The notes beneath the pieces were generated by a model, which did not search any database, had not been told where the DNA came from, and saw nothing but the letters and a program-made list of their open reading frames with translations. A stretch of DNA of 32,140 bases, from the NCBI GenBank assembly GCA_964576115.1, contig CAZNUA010000008.1, forward strand, positions 62,001 to 94,140. Reading direction: 5' to 3'. This DNA is from an uncultured Gemmatimonadota bacterium. Its GTDB lineage: Bacteria > Blakebacterota > Blakebacteria > Blakebacterales > Blakebacteraceae. Position 1 is the stretch's first letter. Each line of letters opens with the position of its first letter. This document shows, piece by piece, positions 8,476-17,680 of this stretch. Both the position numbers and the translations under genes were made by a program.

Positions 8476-9867
8476 CTACCCCGCCACCAACCGCCAGAGG
8501 GTGGCAACGACAAAGCAGACCGCGAAGGCGATCACCAGGGGCATCAACGCCCCTACCGTGGTCCACTTCCGGTTCCCGGTTTCCTTCCATATGGTCAGGA
8601 TCGTGGTCGAGCAGGGGTTGTGCAACAGGCTGAAGAGCATCAGGCTGACCGCGGTCAGCAGGGTCCAGCCCTGCCCCTGGACCAGCAGGGTATAGAGCTC
8701 CGCCATACTCGTAATCTCGATCATCTGGCTGGCCCCGGTGTAGGCCATGAGGATGGTCGGGATGACGATCTCGTTGGCCGGGATGGCGATGATGTATGCC
8801 AGTATGATCACGCCATCCAGCCCGATCGCCCGCCCGAGGGGATCGAGAAAGTTCGAGAGAACGACGGTCAGACTCTCCCCCCCCACCGTGATCGCACTCA
8901 GGGTCCAGATCACCGCTCCGGCCGGAGCGGCCATGTAGATCGCCCGCCAGAGCACGAACAGGGTTCGGTCGATCATCGAGGTATAGAGGATATGACCGAA
9001 GTTGGGGCGGCGATAGGGAGGCAGTTCGAGGGTAAAGCTGGAGGGTTCCCCCTTGAGCACGGTCTTCGAAAGAAAGGCCGAGACCAGCAGGGTGGTAACG
9101 ATCCCCAGGATCACAACCCCGACCACCGCTCCCGCCGCCGCGGCCGAGGCCAGAGCGGCCGGTACGCTGGCCCCCACGAAAAGGGTCGCGATCATGATCA
9201 AGGTCGGAAAACGGCCGTTACAGGGAACAAAGTTGTTGGTCAGGATCGCGATCAGCCGCTCGCGGGGGGAATCGATGATCCGGGTGGCGATCACCCCGGC
9301 CGCATTGCACCCGAACCCCATACTCATCGACAGGGCCTGCTTGCCGTGCGCGCCGGCCGCGGCGAAGAAGCGGTCGAGGTTGAAAGCGACCCGCGGCAGG
9401 TAGCCGAGGTCCTCGAAGAAAGTGAACAAAGGAAAGAAGATCGCCATCGGGGGCAGCATGACCGACACCACCCAGGCAAGGCCCTTGTAGGTGCCGTGCC
9501 AGACGAAGCCGGTGATCCACCAGGGCAGACCGAGAGCGGTGAAGAGCCGGGCTCCCTGTTCTTCGATCCAGAAGAGTCCGGCGGCCAGCAGCTGCGAGGG
9601 GTAGTTGGCCCCCGCCACCGTGACCCAGAACACCACCGCCAGCCCGACGAACATGATCGGCAGGCCCCACAGGCGGCTCGTGACGATCCGGTCCAGAGCG
9701 CGATCGAAACCGGCCCCCCGGCCCCCCTGCCGGCTGACCCGCCCCTCGGCCAGTCCGGCTGCATCGCGGTAAATCGCCGCCACCAGCCGGTCCCGCAGAT
9801 CGGCTCCAAGACGGCGCTGCAGCAGGTCGGCCCGGGAGATGATTCGGTCGGGTGCGGGCGGTCTCAT
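8476..9867 (-). CDS. feoB: FeoB transmembrane (Gate/C-terminal) half
   Basis: EDLGYLPRVAF, MGFGCNA, PCNGR, ELPPYRRP and PCSTT motifs; multiple TM helices. ATGA overlap with the upstream GTPase gene. Confidence 0.92.
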   Translation of the reverse strand: MRPPAPDRIISRADLLQRRLGADLRDRLVAAIYRDAAGLAEGRVSRQGGRGAGFDRALDRIVTSRLWGLPIMFVGLAVVFWVTVAGANYPSQLLAAGLFWIEEQGARLFTALGLPWWITGFVWHGTYKGLAWVVSVMLPPMAIFFPLFTFFEDLGYLPRVAFNLDRFFAAAGAHGKQALSMSMGFGCNAAGVIATRIIDSPRERLIAILTNNFVPCNGRFPTLIMIATLFVGASVPAALASAAAAGAVVGVVILGIVTTLLVSAFLSKTVLKGEPSSFTLELPPYRRPNFGHILYTSMIDRTLFVLWRAIYMAAPAGAVIWTLSAITVGGESLTVVLSNFLDPLGRAIGLDGVIILAYIIAIPANEIVIPTILMAYTGASQMIEITSMAELYTLLVQGQGWTLLTAVSLMLFSLLHNPCSTTILTIWKETGNRKWTTVGALMPLVIAFAVCFVVATLWRLVAG

Positions 9868-10640
9868 GAGCAGATCTCTTCGCCTGGTTCGACCAGCCGG
9901 TTCAGCTCGCCGGTCAGCAGAGCCTGCCGCACGGCGTAGTCGCCGTCGAGCAGGCGCAGGGCGATCCAGCGGGCGTTGGGCAGACCGGGGTGGAGTTCCT
10001 CGATCATCGGCACCAGTTCGTCGAGGGCGTTCTGCAATTCGCCCGTCACCCGCAGGCGGCGCGGTCGGGTCGCGATGCGTCCCTCGATGACATCGGTCAC
10101 GGTCGACATGAGCGCCTCGAGACCCCGTCCGTAACGGGCCACCGTCGGTACGACCGGCACTCCCAGATCCTCGGCCAGGCCGGCATGGTCGACGGCGATG
10201 CCCTTGCGCTCGGCTTCGTCCATGAGGTTGAGACAGACCACCACCCGATCGGTGATCTCGAGAACCTGCATGACCAGGTTGAGATTGCGTTCGAGAGAGG
10301 TCGCGTCGACCACCACGACGGTGGCGTGTGGCCGACCGAAGAGAATGAAATCGCGGGCGATCTCCTCATCCACCGAAGCCGAGAGCAGGCTGTAGGTGCC
10401 GGGCAGATCGACGATCCGGAAGCGCAGGCCGTCGCGCAGGTGCAGGCCCTCGGCCCGCGTCACGGTCTTTCCCGGCCAGTTCCCGGTGTGCTGCCTCAGA
10501 CCGGTCAGGGCGTTGAAGACGGTACTCTTGCCCGTATTCGGATTCCCGGCCAGGGCAATGGCGTAATCGCAGGCGGTGGTATCGGGATCGAGCGAACCGA
10601 GCCACGGCCGCAGCTCTTCGGATGTTCTCCCCTCAGCCAT
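9864..10640 (-). CDS. feoB: FeoB N-terminal GTPase half
   Basis: G1 GNPNTGKS, G2 NWPGKT, G3 DLPG and G4 NLMD. The ATG at 10640 follows a G-rich SD and overlaps the regulator's 3' end by 8 nt. Confidence 0.92.
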   Translation of the reverse strand: MAEGRTSEELRPWLGSLDPDTTACDYAIALAGNPNTGKSTVFNALTGLRQHTGNWPGKTVTRAEGLHLRDGLRFRIVDLPGTYSLLSASVDEEIARDFILFGRPHATVVVVDATSLERNLNLVMQVLEITDRVVVCLNLMDEAERKGIAVDHAGLAEDLGVPVVPTVARYGRGLEALMSTVTDVIEGRIATRPRRLRVTGELQNALDELVPMIEELHPGLPNARWIALRLLDGDYAVRQALLTGELNRLVEPGEEICS

Positions 10641-11694
10641 CGGTTTCCCCCGGCACCCCACCCTGCCCGGTTCCGATCCCGGGGATTTCGAGGAGAATAT
10701 GTTCGGCCTGGCTGGAGCGCAGTGCGATCAGAGTACCCCTGATCCGGTAGGCCCGGGGATCGCCGAAGGGTCCGGTACTGCCCACCTCGACCCTGGCCCC
10801 GGGCGTAAATCCCAGATCGAGCAGGCGCCGACGGGCCAGTCCCCGGCATGTTTGCGCCAGCCCGAGGACCGTACCGGTCTCGCCCTCAATCAGCTCGGAG
10901 AGCCGCCTGAAGGGACCTTCCAGCTGTTCCTGCTCGGGCGGCGAACCGACGGTGATATTGGCCGCCACCACCGAGGCGACCACGTACTCGCGCTCTCCGG
11001 CCTCGAAGCGGAGTCGCTCCGGCGTTCGTTCCAGAATGCGTACGTCTTCCCCCAGACGGAGGCCTTCGGCCAGGAGCTGCTGATAGACCTCGGGGGGTTC
11101 GTCTTCGAGATGAGTGATCCGGCCCGGTTCGTCGAGCGGCCAGCGGATAAGCGCAATACCGTCGAGGGGTTCGATGGTGCCGTCGGCGGCGGGAATGGGA
11201 TCGCCGTGCGGATCGAACTGCGGATAGCCGAGCCGGGCTTCAAGTTCGTCGGCCTCTTCTGGGGTCAGGCGGTGCTCCTCCCGTTCGGCCCGGGTGTGCA
11301 GTTCCGCCTCGTCCACTTCGGTTTCATCGGCCAGATACCGCTCCCAGAGACGGTGGGCGCGGATCACCTGCAGAGCGTAGGTACGCCCCTCGGGAGTCAG
11401 GACGTAGCCGTCGTCTTCGGGACGGGCGAAGGCCCGGCCGATGAGTTCCTCGATGAGCCGGGCGGCATCGCCGGTCGTGATACCGAGCACACCGGCCAGC
11501 GTCGAAAGAGTCGCCGGAGCACGCTCGGCCTCGCTGGTATAGAGGTGTTTCAGCGCGTCTTCGGTTCGCACCCTGGCGGTCATCTGCCGGGCGGTCCGCC
11601 ACTGCCAGAACAGCCCCCGATCGGGTCTGAACAGAATCCAGAGAAGCAACCCGCTACTCAGGACTGCGATGAGCGAGACGATCGAGTCCGACAT
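10633..11694 (-). CDS. DtxR/MntR-family metal-dependent regulator with an N-terminal hydrophobic helix and two FeoA domains
   Basis: EDALKHLY, HRLWERYL, AEREEH and DPHGDPIP motifs. FeoA-like repeats LLAEGLRLGEDV and RRLLDLGFTPG..GDP..IRG..IALR. Confidence 0.9.
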   Translation of the reverse strand: MSDSIVSLIAVLSSGLLLWILFRPDRGLFWQWRTARQMTARVRTEDALKHLYTSEAERAPATLSTLAGVLGITTGDAARLIEELIGRAFARPEDDGYVLTPEGRTYALQVIRAHRLWERYLADETEVDEAELHTRAEREEHRLTPEEADELEARLGYPQFDPHGDPIPAADGTIEPLDGIALIRWPLDEPGRITHLEDEPPEVYQQLLAEGLRLGEDVRILERTPERLRFEAGEREYVVASVVAANITVGSPPEQEQLEGPFRRLSELIEGETGTVLGLAQTCRGLARRRLLDLGFTPGARVEVGSTGPFGDPRAYRIRGTLIALRSSQAEHILLEIPGIGTGQGGVPGETDG

Positions 11695-11726
11695 GGTGCC
11701 CCCGGTACGGGAAGCGGTGAACGAAA

Positions 11727-11748
11727 AATATTAGGTTAACCTAATATT
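11727..11748. promoter_or_regulatory. DtxR/SirR/MntR-type operator, perfect 22-bp palindrome
   Basis: AATATTAGGTTAACCTAATATT is its own reverse complement. The core TTAGGTTAACCTAA matches DtxR-family boxes; it lies about 32 nt upstream of the regulator start. Confidence 0.9.
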
Positions 11749-11772
11749 AATGTCCGACTGCGATCGCGTCAA
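11744..11772 (-). promoter_or_regulatory. Sigma70 promoter of the regulator-feoB operon
   Basis: Minus strand TTGACG (11772-11767)-17 bp-TAATAT (11749-11744); the -10 overlaps the operator. Confidence 0.7.
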
Positions 11773-11814
11773 GACTGGAGCAGGAACGATTCTCAATAAT
11801 TCTTCCTCAGGGTA

Positions 11815-14238
11815 CTACCGCAGGACGACGACCTTGCGCACGCTCACAGCCGACCCCGAACGCAGTTCGATGAGGTAGATCCCCGAGGGCACCCTGCTTC
11901 CCTCCCGATCGCGTCCGTCCCACTGCACGAAACCTTCGTGCACCCGGCCCTCCAGCGAACCCTCGAATATGGTGGCGATATGGCGGCCGCGGGTATCGTA
12001 GACCCGCAGCTGCACCGGGTGCAGTCCCCAGGACAGGTCGGAGAGATCGAGCTGCAGACGCACCGGATCGGTCGCAGAGGGATTGGCGGGATTGGGATAG
12101 GGCGGCCCCAGACGAACCGCACGTTCACTCTCGGCGTCCACGCCCGCAGCGGTCGTCCAGGCTTCGAGCCGCACATCGTCGATCCCCCACCCCGGCGTGC
12201 TGTAGAAGTACCGTGTCCACCAGCTGACCCAGAGGCTGCTGGTGCCCACATACGGGGTCAGGTCGACCGTCACCTCTTCCCAGCCCGCTTTCTCGCCGGT
12301 GGTGAAATAGACGACCGGATCGGGAACGGTGGCGCTTCCCGACACAAAGGGCCGGGGCGAGGGGTGGGTACCGATGGTCACGATAGCCACGTTGCGGGCT
12401 CCGACGCCACGCCGGCTGTTGAACCGCAGCCGGGCTCCGTGAAAGCCCTGCAGGCTGATCGGCTCGTGCAGATCGATCCAGTTGGTGGCGTAGACCACGG
12501 CTCCCTCGGGAGCATCGCTCGCGTACCACGATCCCGTCGCCGCCGTATCGCGGCCGGTCCGCTCGAAACCGCCCAGATCCCAGGCCGAATCGCCCTGCTC
12601 CCAGCCCTCGGTCAGCAGCGCCGCAGGCTGCCCGACGGTGACTCCGAGCGTGTCGATCCGGGTATACCCGCCGTCGGCGGTGACGAGCAGGGCCAGTTCG
12701 ATCCGGTGTCCCGCGGCCACGGTTCCGGCCCGCAACGTGAAAGCATCGGGCAGAACCCGGGTCTGGCCCGGTGCCAGGGTGCCGATCGCGGCCGTGCCGT
12801 CGAGCAGGTCGGCATCGGTGCCGATGACGCCGAGAGTTGCGGTGGCGTTCTCGACACTGCGCGACACCCCGGCGTTGGTCAGGGTGAGGGTCAGCCCGAC
12901 CGTTTCGCCGGTGTCGAGCCAGCCGTCGGCATCGCCGCCGCTGTCATCCACCTCGAGCGGTTCGGGAAGTAAAACCCCGCCGGCCAGCCAGGCCGTCATC
13001 CAGTTTGAGCTGACATGCTCGTCGACCAGAATCGGGATCCTCTCGGTGGGTGGCCAGAAGTAGTCGTACCAGGTACCCACCTCCGCCACCATGGCCAGCA
13101 CTCCCAGGTCGCCGTACTCCCAGTCAACGGCGTCGCCGTTGGTATGGTAGCCGATCATGTCCGTGCCGGTACCGTAGGGGAAATGATTGGCGGTCGATAT
13201 GCGGGCCGCCCAGGCCTGAAAGTCATCCAGCCGGTCGACCGGGTCGGAGGTGTATCCCCACGGGTAGAGGTAGACGTTGGCATACGAATGGTAGTTCAGG
13301 GCAAAGTCGAAATCACGGCGTTCGAAGACCTCGCGCACAGCCCGGGTCTCGGGTTCGGAAAAAGCGGTGGTTCCCCGGTAGGTCTCCGAAGCGGAAAAGG
13401 GAGAGGAACCCACATCGTCCTCACCCCAGCGGTACCCGAAATTGCGGTTCAGGTCGACCCCGTCCACGTCCTCGGTAAAGATGCCGTCCCCGTTGTTGTC
13501 GCGCTTGTTCTTGCGCCACATGTATCCCCCCTCGGGCTGCATCACCTCGTTGTAGACATAGCCGTCGGGGTTGATGACCGGAACGAACCAGAGCTCGCGC
13601 GAGGCCAGCAGATAGGCGGCTCCCGGATCGCCGGCAGCGTACTTACGGGCGATATCCTCCACGAAACCGAGCAGCAGCATGGCGCTGATCGGCTCGCGGG
13701 CGTGGATCAGGCTGTTGTAGAAAACGGCCGGACGGCTGATGTCGGGAGCCAGCGTATCGGGGGCATCGCTGATGATGAAAGCCCAGACCGGACGGCCTTC
13801 CAGGCTGGTACCGACCGTGAACTTCGGGCTGATGATGGCCGGATACGCAGCCGCCATCTCATCCATCCAGGCCACGATCTCGGTAAAGGTGTAGTACCCG
13901 CCCATGCTCCCCGGCCCCAGGCTCGAGTCGAGCCGGCGGGCGAAGAACTCGGCGGCGTCGGGATGCACGATTTCGAAGGCGATTCCGGCCTGGCGCAGGC
14001 GCTCCTGCTCGCTCGGCGTCAGAAAGAGAACCGCCTCATCGCCGAAGGGGGAACGGAGCGGCTCAAAACCGAGCTCGGCCACCCGTCCGAGGGTCGTCAT
14101 CGGGGGGGAAACCAGACGAATCATCGCCACCGGCTGCGGTTCGGGCTCCTGCTGGGCGCCGGCGGCGACCGGCAGGGCCAGCAGGGCAATCAGGAGCAGA
14201 GCGGTCGCCGAGCGGCGGTCAGCCGTCCTGAATCTCAT
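11815..14238 (-). CDS. Secreted M14 zinc carboxypeptidase (carboxypeptidase T-like) with a C-terminal FlgD-Ig/Por-secretion-type domain
   Basis: Signal peptide (ALLLIALLALPVAAGA); HARE, WRKN, DLNRNF, SEPET and NYHSY motifs; C-terminus YPNP..VYD..GR..WDG.D..G..VPSGIY. Start uncertain (14238 or 14253), overlapping the proS 3' end. Confidence 0.88.
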   Translation of the reverse strand: MRFRTADRRSATALLLIALLALPVAAGAQQEPEPQPVAMIRLVSPPMTTLGRVAELGFEPLRSPFGDEAVLFLTPSEQERLRQAGIAFEIVHPDAAEFFARRLDSSLGPGSMGGYYTFTEIVAWMDEMAAAYPAIISPKFTVGTSLEGRPVWAFIISDAPDTLAPDISRPAVFYNSLIHAREPISAMLLLGFVEDIARKYAAGDPGAAYLLASRELWFVPVINPDGYVYNEVMQPEGGYMWRKNKRDNNGDGIFTEDVDGVDLNRNFGYRWGEDDVGSSPFSASETYRGTTAFSEPETRAVREVFERRDFDFALNYHSYANVYLYPWGYTSDPVDRLDDFQAWAARISTANHFPYGTGTDMIGYHTNGDAVDWEYGDLGVLAMVAEVGTWYDYFWPPTERIPILVDEHVSSNWMTAWLAGGVLLPEPLEVDDSGGDADGWLDTGETVGLTLTLTNAGVSRSVENATATLGVIGTDADLLDGTAAIGTLAPGQTRVLPDAFTLRAGTVAAGHRIELALLVTADGGYTRIDTLGVTVGQPAALLTEGWEQGDSAWDLGGFERTGRDTAATGSWYASDAPEGAVVYATNWIDLHEPISLQGFHGARLRFNSRRGVGARNVAIVTIGTHPSPRPFVSGSATVPDPVVYFTTGEKAGWEEVTVDLTPYVGTSSLWVSWWTRYFYSTPGWGIDDVRLEAWTTAAGVDAESERAVRLGPPYPNPANPSATDPVRLQLDLSDLSWGLHPVQLRVYDTRGRHIATIFEGSLEGRVHEGFVQWDGRDREGSRVPSGIYLIELRSGSAVSVRKVVVLR

Positions 14239-15964
14239 CGGCGCGACGTTCATATCCGGCGATCTCCTCATCGATGGCCTGCCGGAGAAAAGCGGCGGCT
14301 TCATCGATGGCGACGTCGTTCTTTTCGCGGTTTCGGGTTCGTACGATTTCCACCACGCCCTTGTCGAAACCCCGCCGGCCGACCGTTACCCGCAGGGGCA
14401 GACCCAGCAGGTCGGCATCGTTGAATTTCGCCCCCGCCCGCAGATCGCGATCGTCGTACAGCACGTCAAGACCGGTCTCGCGCAGGGCGTCGTAGAGGGC
14501 TTCGGCGGCTTCGACCAGTTCGTCATCGGTCATGTTCACGACCAGCAGGTGAACGTCGTAGGGCGCAATCGACGCCGGCCACGAGATTCCCTCTTCGGTG
14601 GCGTGGCTCTCGATGGCCGCCGCCGCGATCCGCTCCACCCCGATCCCGTACGAGCCCATGACGATCGGCTTCTCCTCGCCGTTCTCGTCCTGGAAAGTGG
14701 CCCCGAGGGCTTCGGAATACTTGGTGCCCAGCTTGAAGATGTGTCCCATTTCGACGGCCCTGATGACCCGGACCGCGGCCCCGCACCCGGGGCAGGGTTC
14801 GCCTTCCCTGACCAGGCGCAGATCCTCGATACCGGCGCCGGGAACGTCGCGCTCGAGGTTCAGACCTGTGACGTGGTAATCGTTCCGGTTGGCGCCGGTG
14901 GCGCCGTCGAGCAATCCCTCGAGCGACGTGTCGGCCATGATCCGCAGTTCCCCGGGCGCCCCGACCGGTCCGATGAATCCGGCCGGCGCCCCCATGATCC
15001 GTTCGACCTCTTCGGGTTCGGCCTGACGCACCACCGTCCCGGCCGCGAGGGCGGCCTTCTCCTCGTTCAGCTCGTGGCTGCCCGGTATCAGAAACATGAC
15101 CGGTTCGTCCTCGCCGGTCATATAGAGCAGGCTCTTGACGAGCTGCTCGGGGGTGCGGTCGAGAAAGGCCGAGACCTCTTCGATGGTGCGCTGAGCCGGA
15201 GTGTGCACCTCGGCCAGTTCGGTCTGCGATCCGGGGGCCACCTTCCAGCCCGAGCCGGCCACCTCGATGTTCATGGCGTAACCGCAGGCATCGCAGACCA
15301 CGGCCAGGTCCTCGCCCGCCTCACCCTCGACCAGGAATTCCTGCGAGCCCGACCCCCCCATCAGCCCGCTCGAGGCGCCGACCTCGAAAAAGGTGAAGCC
15401 GCAGCGGGCGAAAATCCGCCGGTAGGCCCGGGCGTGCAGTTCGTAGCCGGCATCGAGCCCCTCGGGAGAGGCATCGAGGGTATAGGAGTCCTTCATGATG
15501 AACTGGCGCGAGCGCAGCACTCCGGAGCGGGGGCGCGGTTCGTCGCGGAACTTGGTCTGGATCTGGTACCAGATCTGCGGCAGGTCGCGGTAGGAGCGGA
15601 TCTCGTTGCGGGCGATATCGCCCACCACCTCCTCGTGGGTGGGGGCCAGCAGCATCCAGCGCCCCTTGCGGTCCTGCATCCGGAAAACATCGTCGCCGAA
15701 GTCGGCGTTCCGTCCTGTCTCATCCCAGAGATCGAGCGGGTTGAGGGCCGGATAGTGGAACTCCTGCCCGCCGATGGCGTTCATTTCCTCACGGATGATC
15801 TGCGTGGCCTTGAGCATCACCCGCCAGATGAATGGCAGGTAGGAGTACACCCCGGCGGCGAGCAGACGCACCATACCGCCGCGCAACATGATGCGGTGGC
15901 TCAGAACCTCCGCATCGGAGGGATCTTCCTTCAGGGTCGGGATGAAACTCCGCGACAGCCGCAT
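14219..15964 (-). CDS. proS: Proline--tRNA ligase (bacterial type with editing insertion)
   Basis: MRLSRSFIPTLKE start after AAGGAGG; PTHEE, QIQTKFRDEPRPR..LRSRQFIMKDSY, GHIFKLGTKYS, MGSYGIGVER and YDDR..G.KF.DADL motifs. Confidence 0.98.
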   Translation of the reverse strand: MRLSRSFIPTLKEDPSDAEVLSHRIMLRGGMVRLLAAGVYSYLPFIWRVMLKATQIIREEMNAIGGQEFHYPALNPLDLWDETGRNADFGDDVFRMQDRKGRWMLLAPTHEEVVGDIARNEIRSYRDLPQIWYQIQTKFRDEPRPRSGVLRSRQFIMKDSYTLDASPEGLDAGYELHARAYRRIFARCGFTFFEVGASSGLMGGSGSQEFLVEGEAGEDLAVVCDACGYAMNIEVAGSGWKVAPGSQTELAEVHTPAQRTIEEVSAFLDRTPEQLVKSLLYMTGEDEPVMFLIPGSHELNEEKAALAAGTVVRQAEPEEVERIMGAPAGFIGPVGAPGELRIMADTSLEGLLDGATGANRNDYHVTGLNLERDVPGAGIEDLRLVREGEPCPGCGAAVRVIRAVEMGHIFKLGTKYSEALGATFQDENGEEKPIVMGSYGIGVERIAAAAIESHATEEGISWPASIAPYDVHLLVVNMTDDELVEAAEALYDALRETGLDVLYDDRDLRAGAKFNDADLLGLPLRVTVGRRGFDKGVVEIVRTRNREKNDVAIDEAAAFLRQAIDEEIAGYERRADEIQDG

Positions 15965-16116
15965 GCGGCCTCCTTCGTCAAGCGGTTCGGCGTCGGCTGG
16001 CAGACTCCGGAAAGCGTGAATATAGGGCGCATGTCCGTTCGACGCACCCGTTTGCTGCCGACCGCGGAGCCGGGCAGCGCAGGCCGGCACCCGCGCAGAG
16101 ACAGCCGTTCTGCCGG

Positions 16117-17607
16117 TTATCGTCGTCCGGCTGCAACCAGATGGGCATCGGCGGTCAGATAGAAAAACTTCCGGGTGCCCGGATCGGAAACGACGTACGG
16201 CGCCTCCGGATCGAGCCCGTCACGCGCCAGTTCGGTCCCCGTTGAGCAATCGTAGAGCACCAGTTCGCACCCCTCCCCCTCCCCGCGTGCCGCCAGGGCG
16301 ATCGCACCCTCTCCGCGGTCCTGCCCGGGATGACTGATGACCGCCGGCCCCGGGGCACCGTCCGCGGAAGCCGGCAGGGGTACGCTCCACATCTGCCGGG
16401 CCCGGGCATCGAGGCGAAGCAGCGTTCCCCCCGACGGACTCTGCATCACGAAAAGCAGCCCGTCGTCCCAGGCCACGATCGTCTCCTGTGCACCGCGGAG
16501 CGACCGGTATCCGCCCCGGTTGTTCTCCACGCTCCGGCCGTTGGACACACTCCAGAGGGCAGCTCCGCCGCCCGCTTCGGGGCTCAGAACGCCTTCGGAA
16601 CTCCAGATCACCGGGGCCGCGGATGGAATGGCCGCCCGGGCCGGGCTGCGCCAGCGTTCCTCCCCGGTATTGACGTGCACCATCTGCAGCCGGTTCCCCT
16701 CGGCGGTCTGGACCAGCAGCCAGGGCGAGCGGACCTCACGCGGTCGCCAGCGGCCCCGGAACGTCCAGAGAATCGCGCCGCTCCTGCGATCGAGGCGGTA
16801 CAGGTTCTCCCCCGCAGCGCAGAGCACCTCGCCGGTCGAGTTCAGCAGCAGGTCGCTCCCCGCCTCTTCACCGGCCAGGTAACCGACCCACTGCAGGTCG
16901 CCGCTCTCCAGTGCGATGGCGGCTACCGACAGGGTCGGCTCGCGCCGGTCGGTACGGTACAGAATGCCGTTGCTTGCGACATACCAGCGGGCCGGATCCG
17001 GCCGTATTCCGAACTCCACGTCGGGCAGCGGCGCCAGGCCGGTTTCCCAGATCACGTCGCCTTCCGCGAGCGAGAGGGCGACGAGAGCGCTCCCGCCGTC
17101 TGTCGACCGCACCAGCAGGAGCAGCCTCCCGGCTTCACTCAGGGCCTCGATGCAGATACAGTCTCCCGCCACCTGGTCGGTATCCCAGAGCACCGCTCCG
17201 GTCCGGGGATCGATCGCCCGCAGGCGGTAGGAACGCCCCGTCGTCATACCCGAGACGGGGGGCGGGCGATCGAATCGCTGCTGCACGATCAGCCCGAAGG
17301 CCCCGGCGTCCTCGATCCGCACCTCCCGCGCGCCGTCTGCGGACAGACTCCACCGCAGCGTTCCCGAGTCGCCGTCATAGGCTTCGAGGTTCCGGTCACT
17401 CACCCTGACCGGTAGATCGGGCCGCGGGAGCAGGAGCGCCCTGCTCGATCCACTGATCGGAGCAGTCCAGAGATACTCGGGGACCGACCCCTGACACCGC
17501 CGGCCCTCCTCCCCACCTGCCCGCACGGCAGGATCGGGGTTGATCACGGCAAGAAAGGCAATGAACACGGCGGCGCCGAGGCCGCCCGGTGTGCGATAAC
17601 CGCTCAC
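16117..17607 (-). CDS. Exported PQQ-like (BamB-like) beta-propeller repeat protein
   Basis: Repeated A.D..tG...W blades (AYDGDSGTLRW, AIDPRTGAVLW, RLDRRSGAILW, VHVNTGEERW); hydrophobic N-terminus; GGAGGT SD. Confidence 0.75.
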   Translation of the reverse strand: MSGYRTPGGLGAAVFIAFLAVINPDPAVRAGGEEGRRCQGSVPEYLWTAPISGSSRALLLPRPDLPVRVSDRNLEAYDGDSGTLRWSLSADGAREVRIEDAGAFGLIVQQRFDRPPPVSGMTTGRSYRLRAIDPRTGAVLWDTDQVAGDCICIEALSEAGRLLLLVRSTDGGSALVALSLAEGDVIWETGLAPLPDVEFGIRPDPARWYVASNGILYRTDRREPTLSVAAIALESGDLQWVGYLAGEEAGSDLLLNSTGEVLCAAGENLYRLDRRSGAILWTFRGRWRPREVRSPWLLVQTAEGNRLQMVHVNTGEERWRSPARAAIPSAAPVIWSSEGVLSPEAGGGAALWSVSNGRSVENNRGGYRSLRGAQETIVAWDDGLLFVMQSPSGGTLLRLDARARQMWSVPLPASADGAPGPAVISHPGQDRGEGAIALAARGEGEGCELVLYDCSTGTELARDGLDPEAPYVVSDPGTRKFFYLTADAHLVAAGRR

Positions 17608-17680
17608 GGTGCGTTCTCACCTCCTGTGTCGTTCCACCCCCTGGCCGGGGCGTGGGTGATACCACCTGCCAGCCTTCGGC

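Noticed and set aside
15965..16116. T-box leader for proS, or the N-terminal extension in ORF 14219..16090
   Set aside because: The leader is too short, with no T-box motif or terminator. The SD and family N-terminus place the start at 15964.
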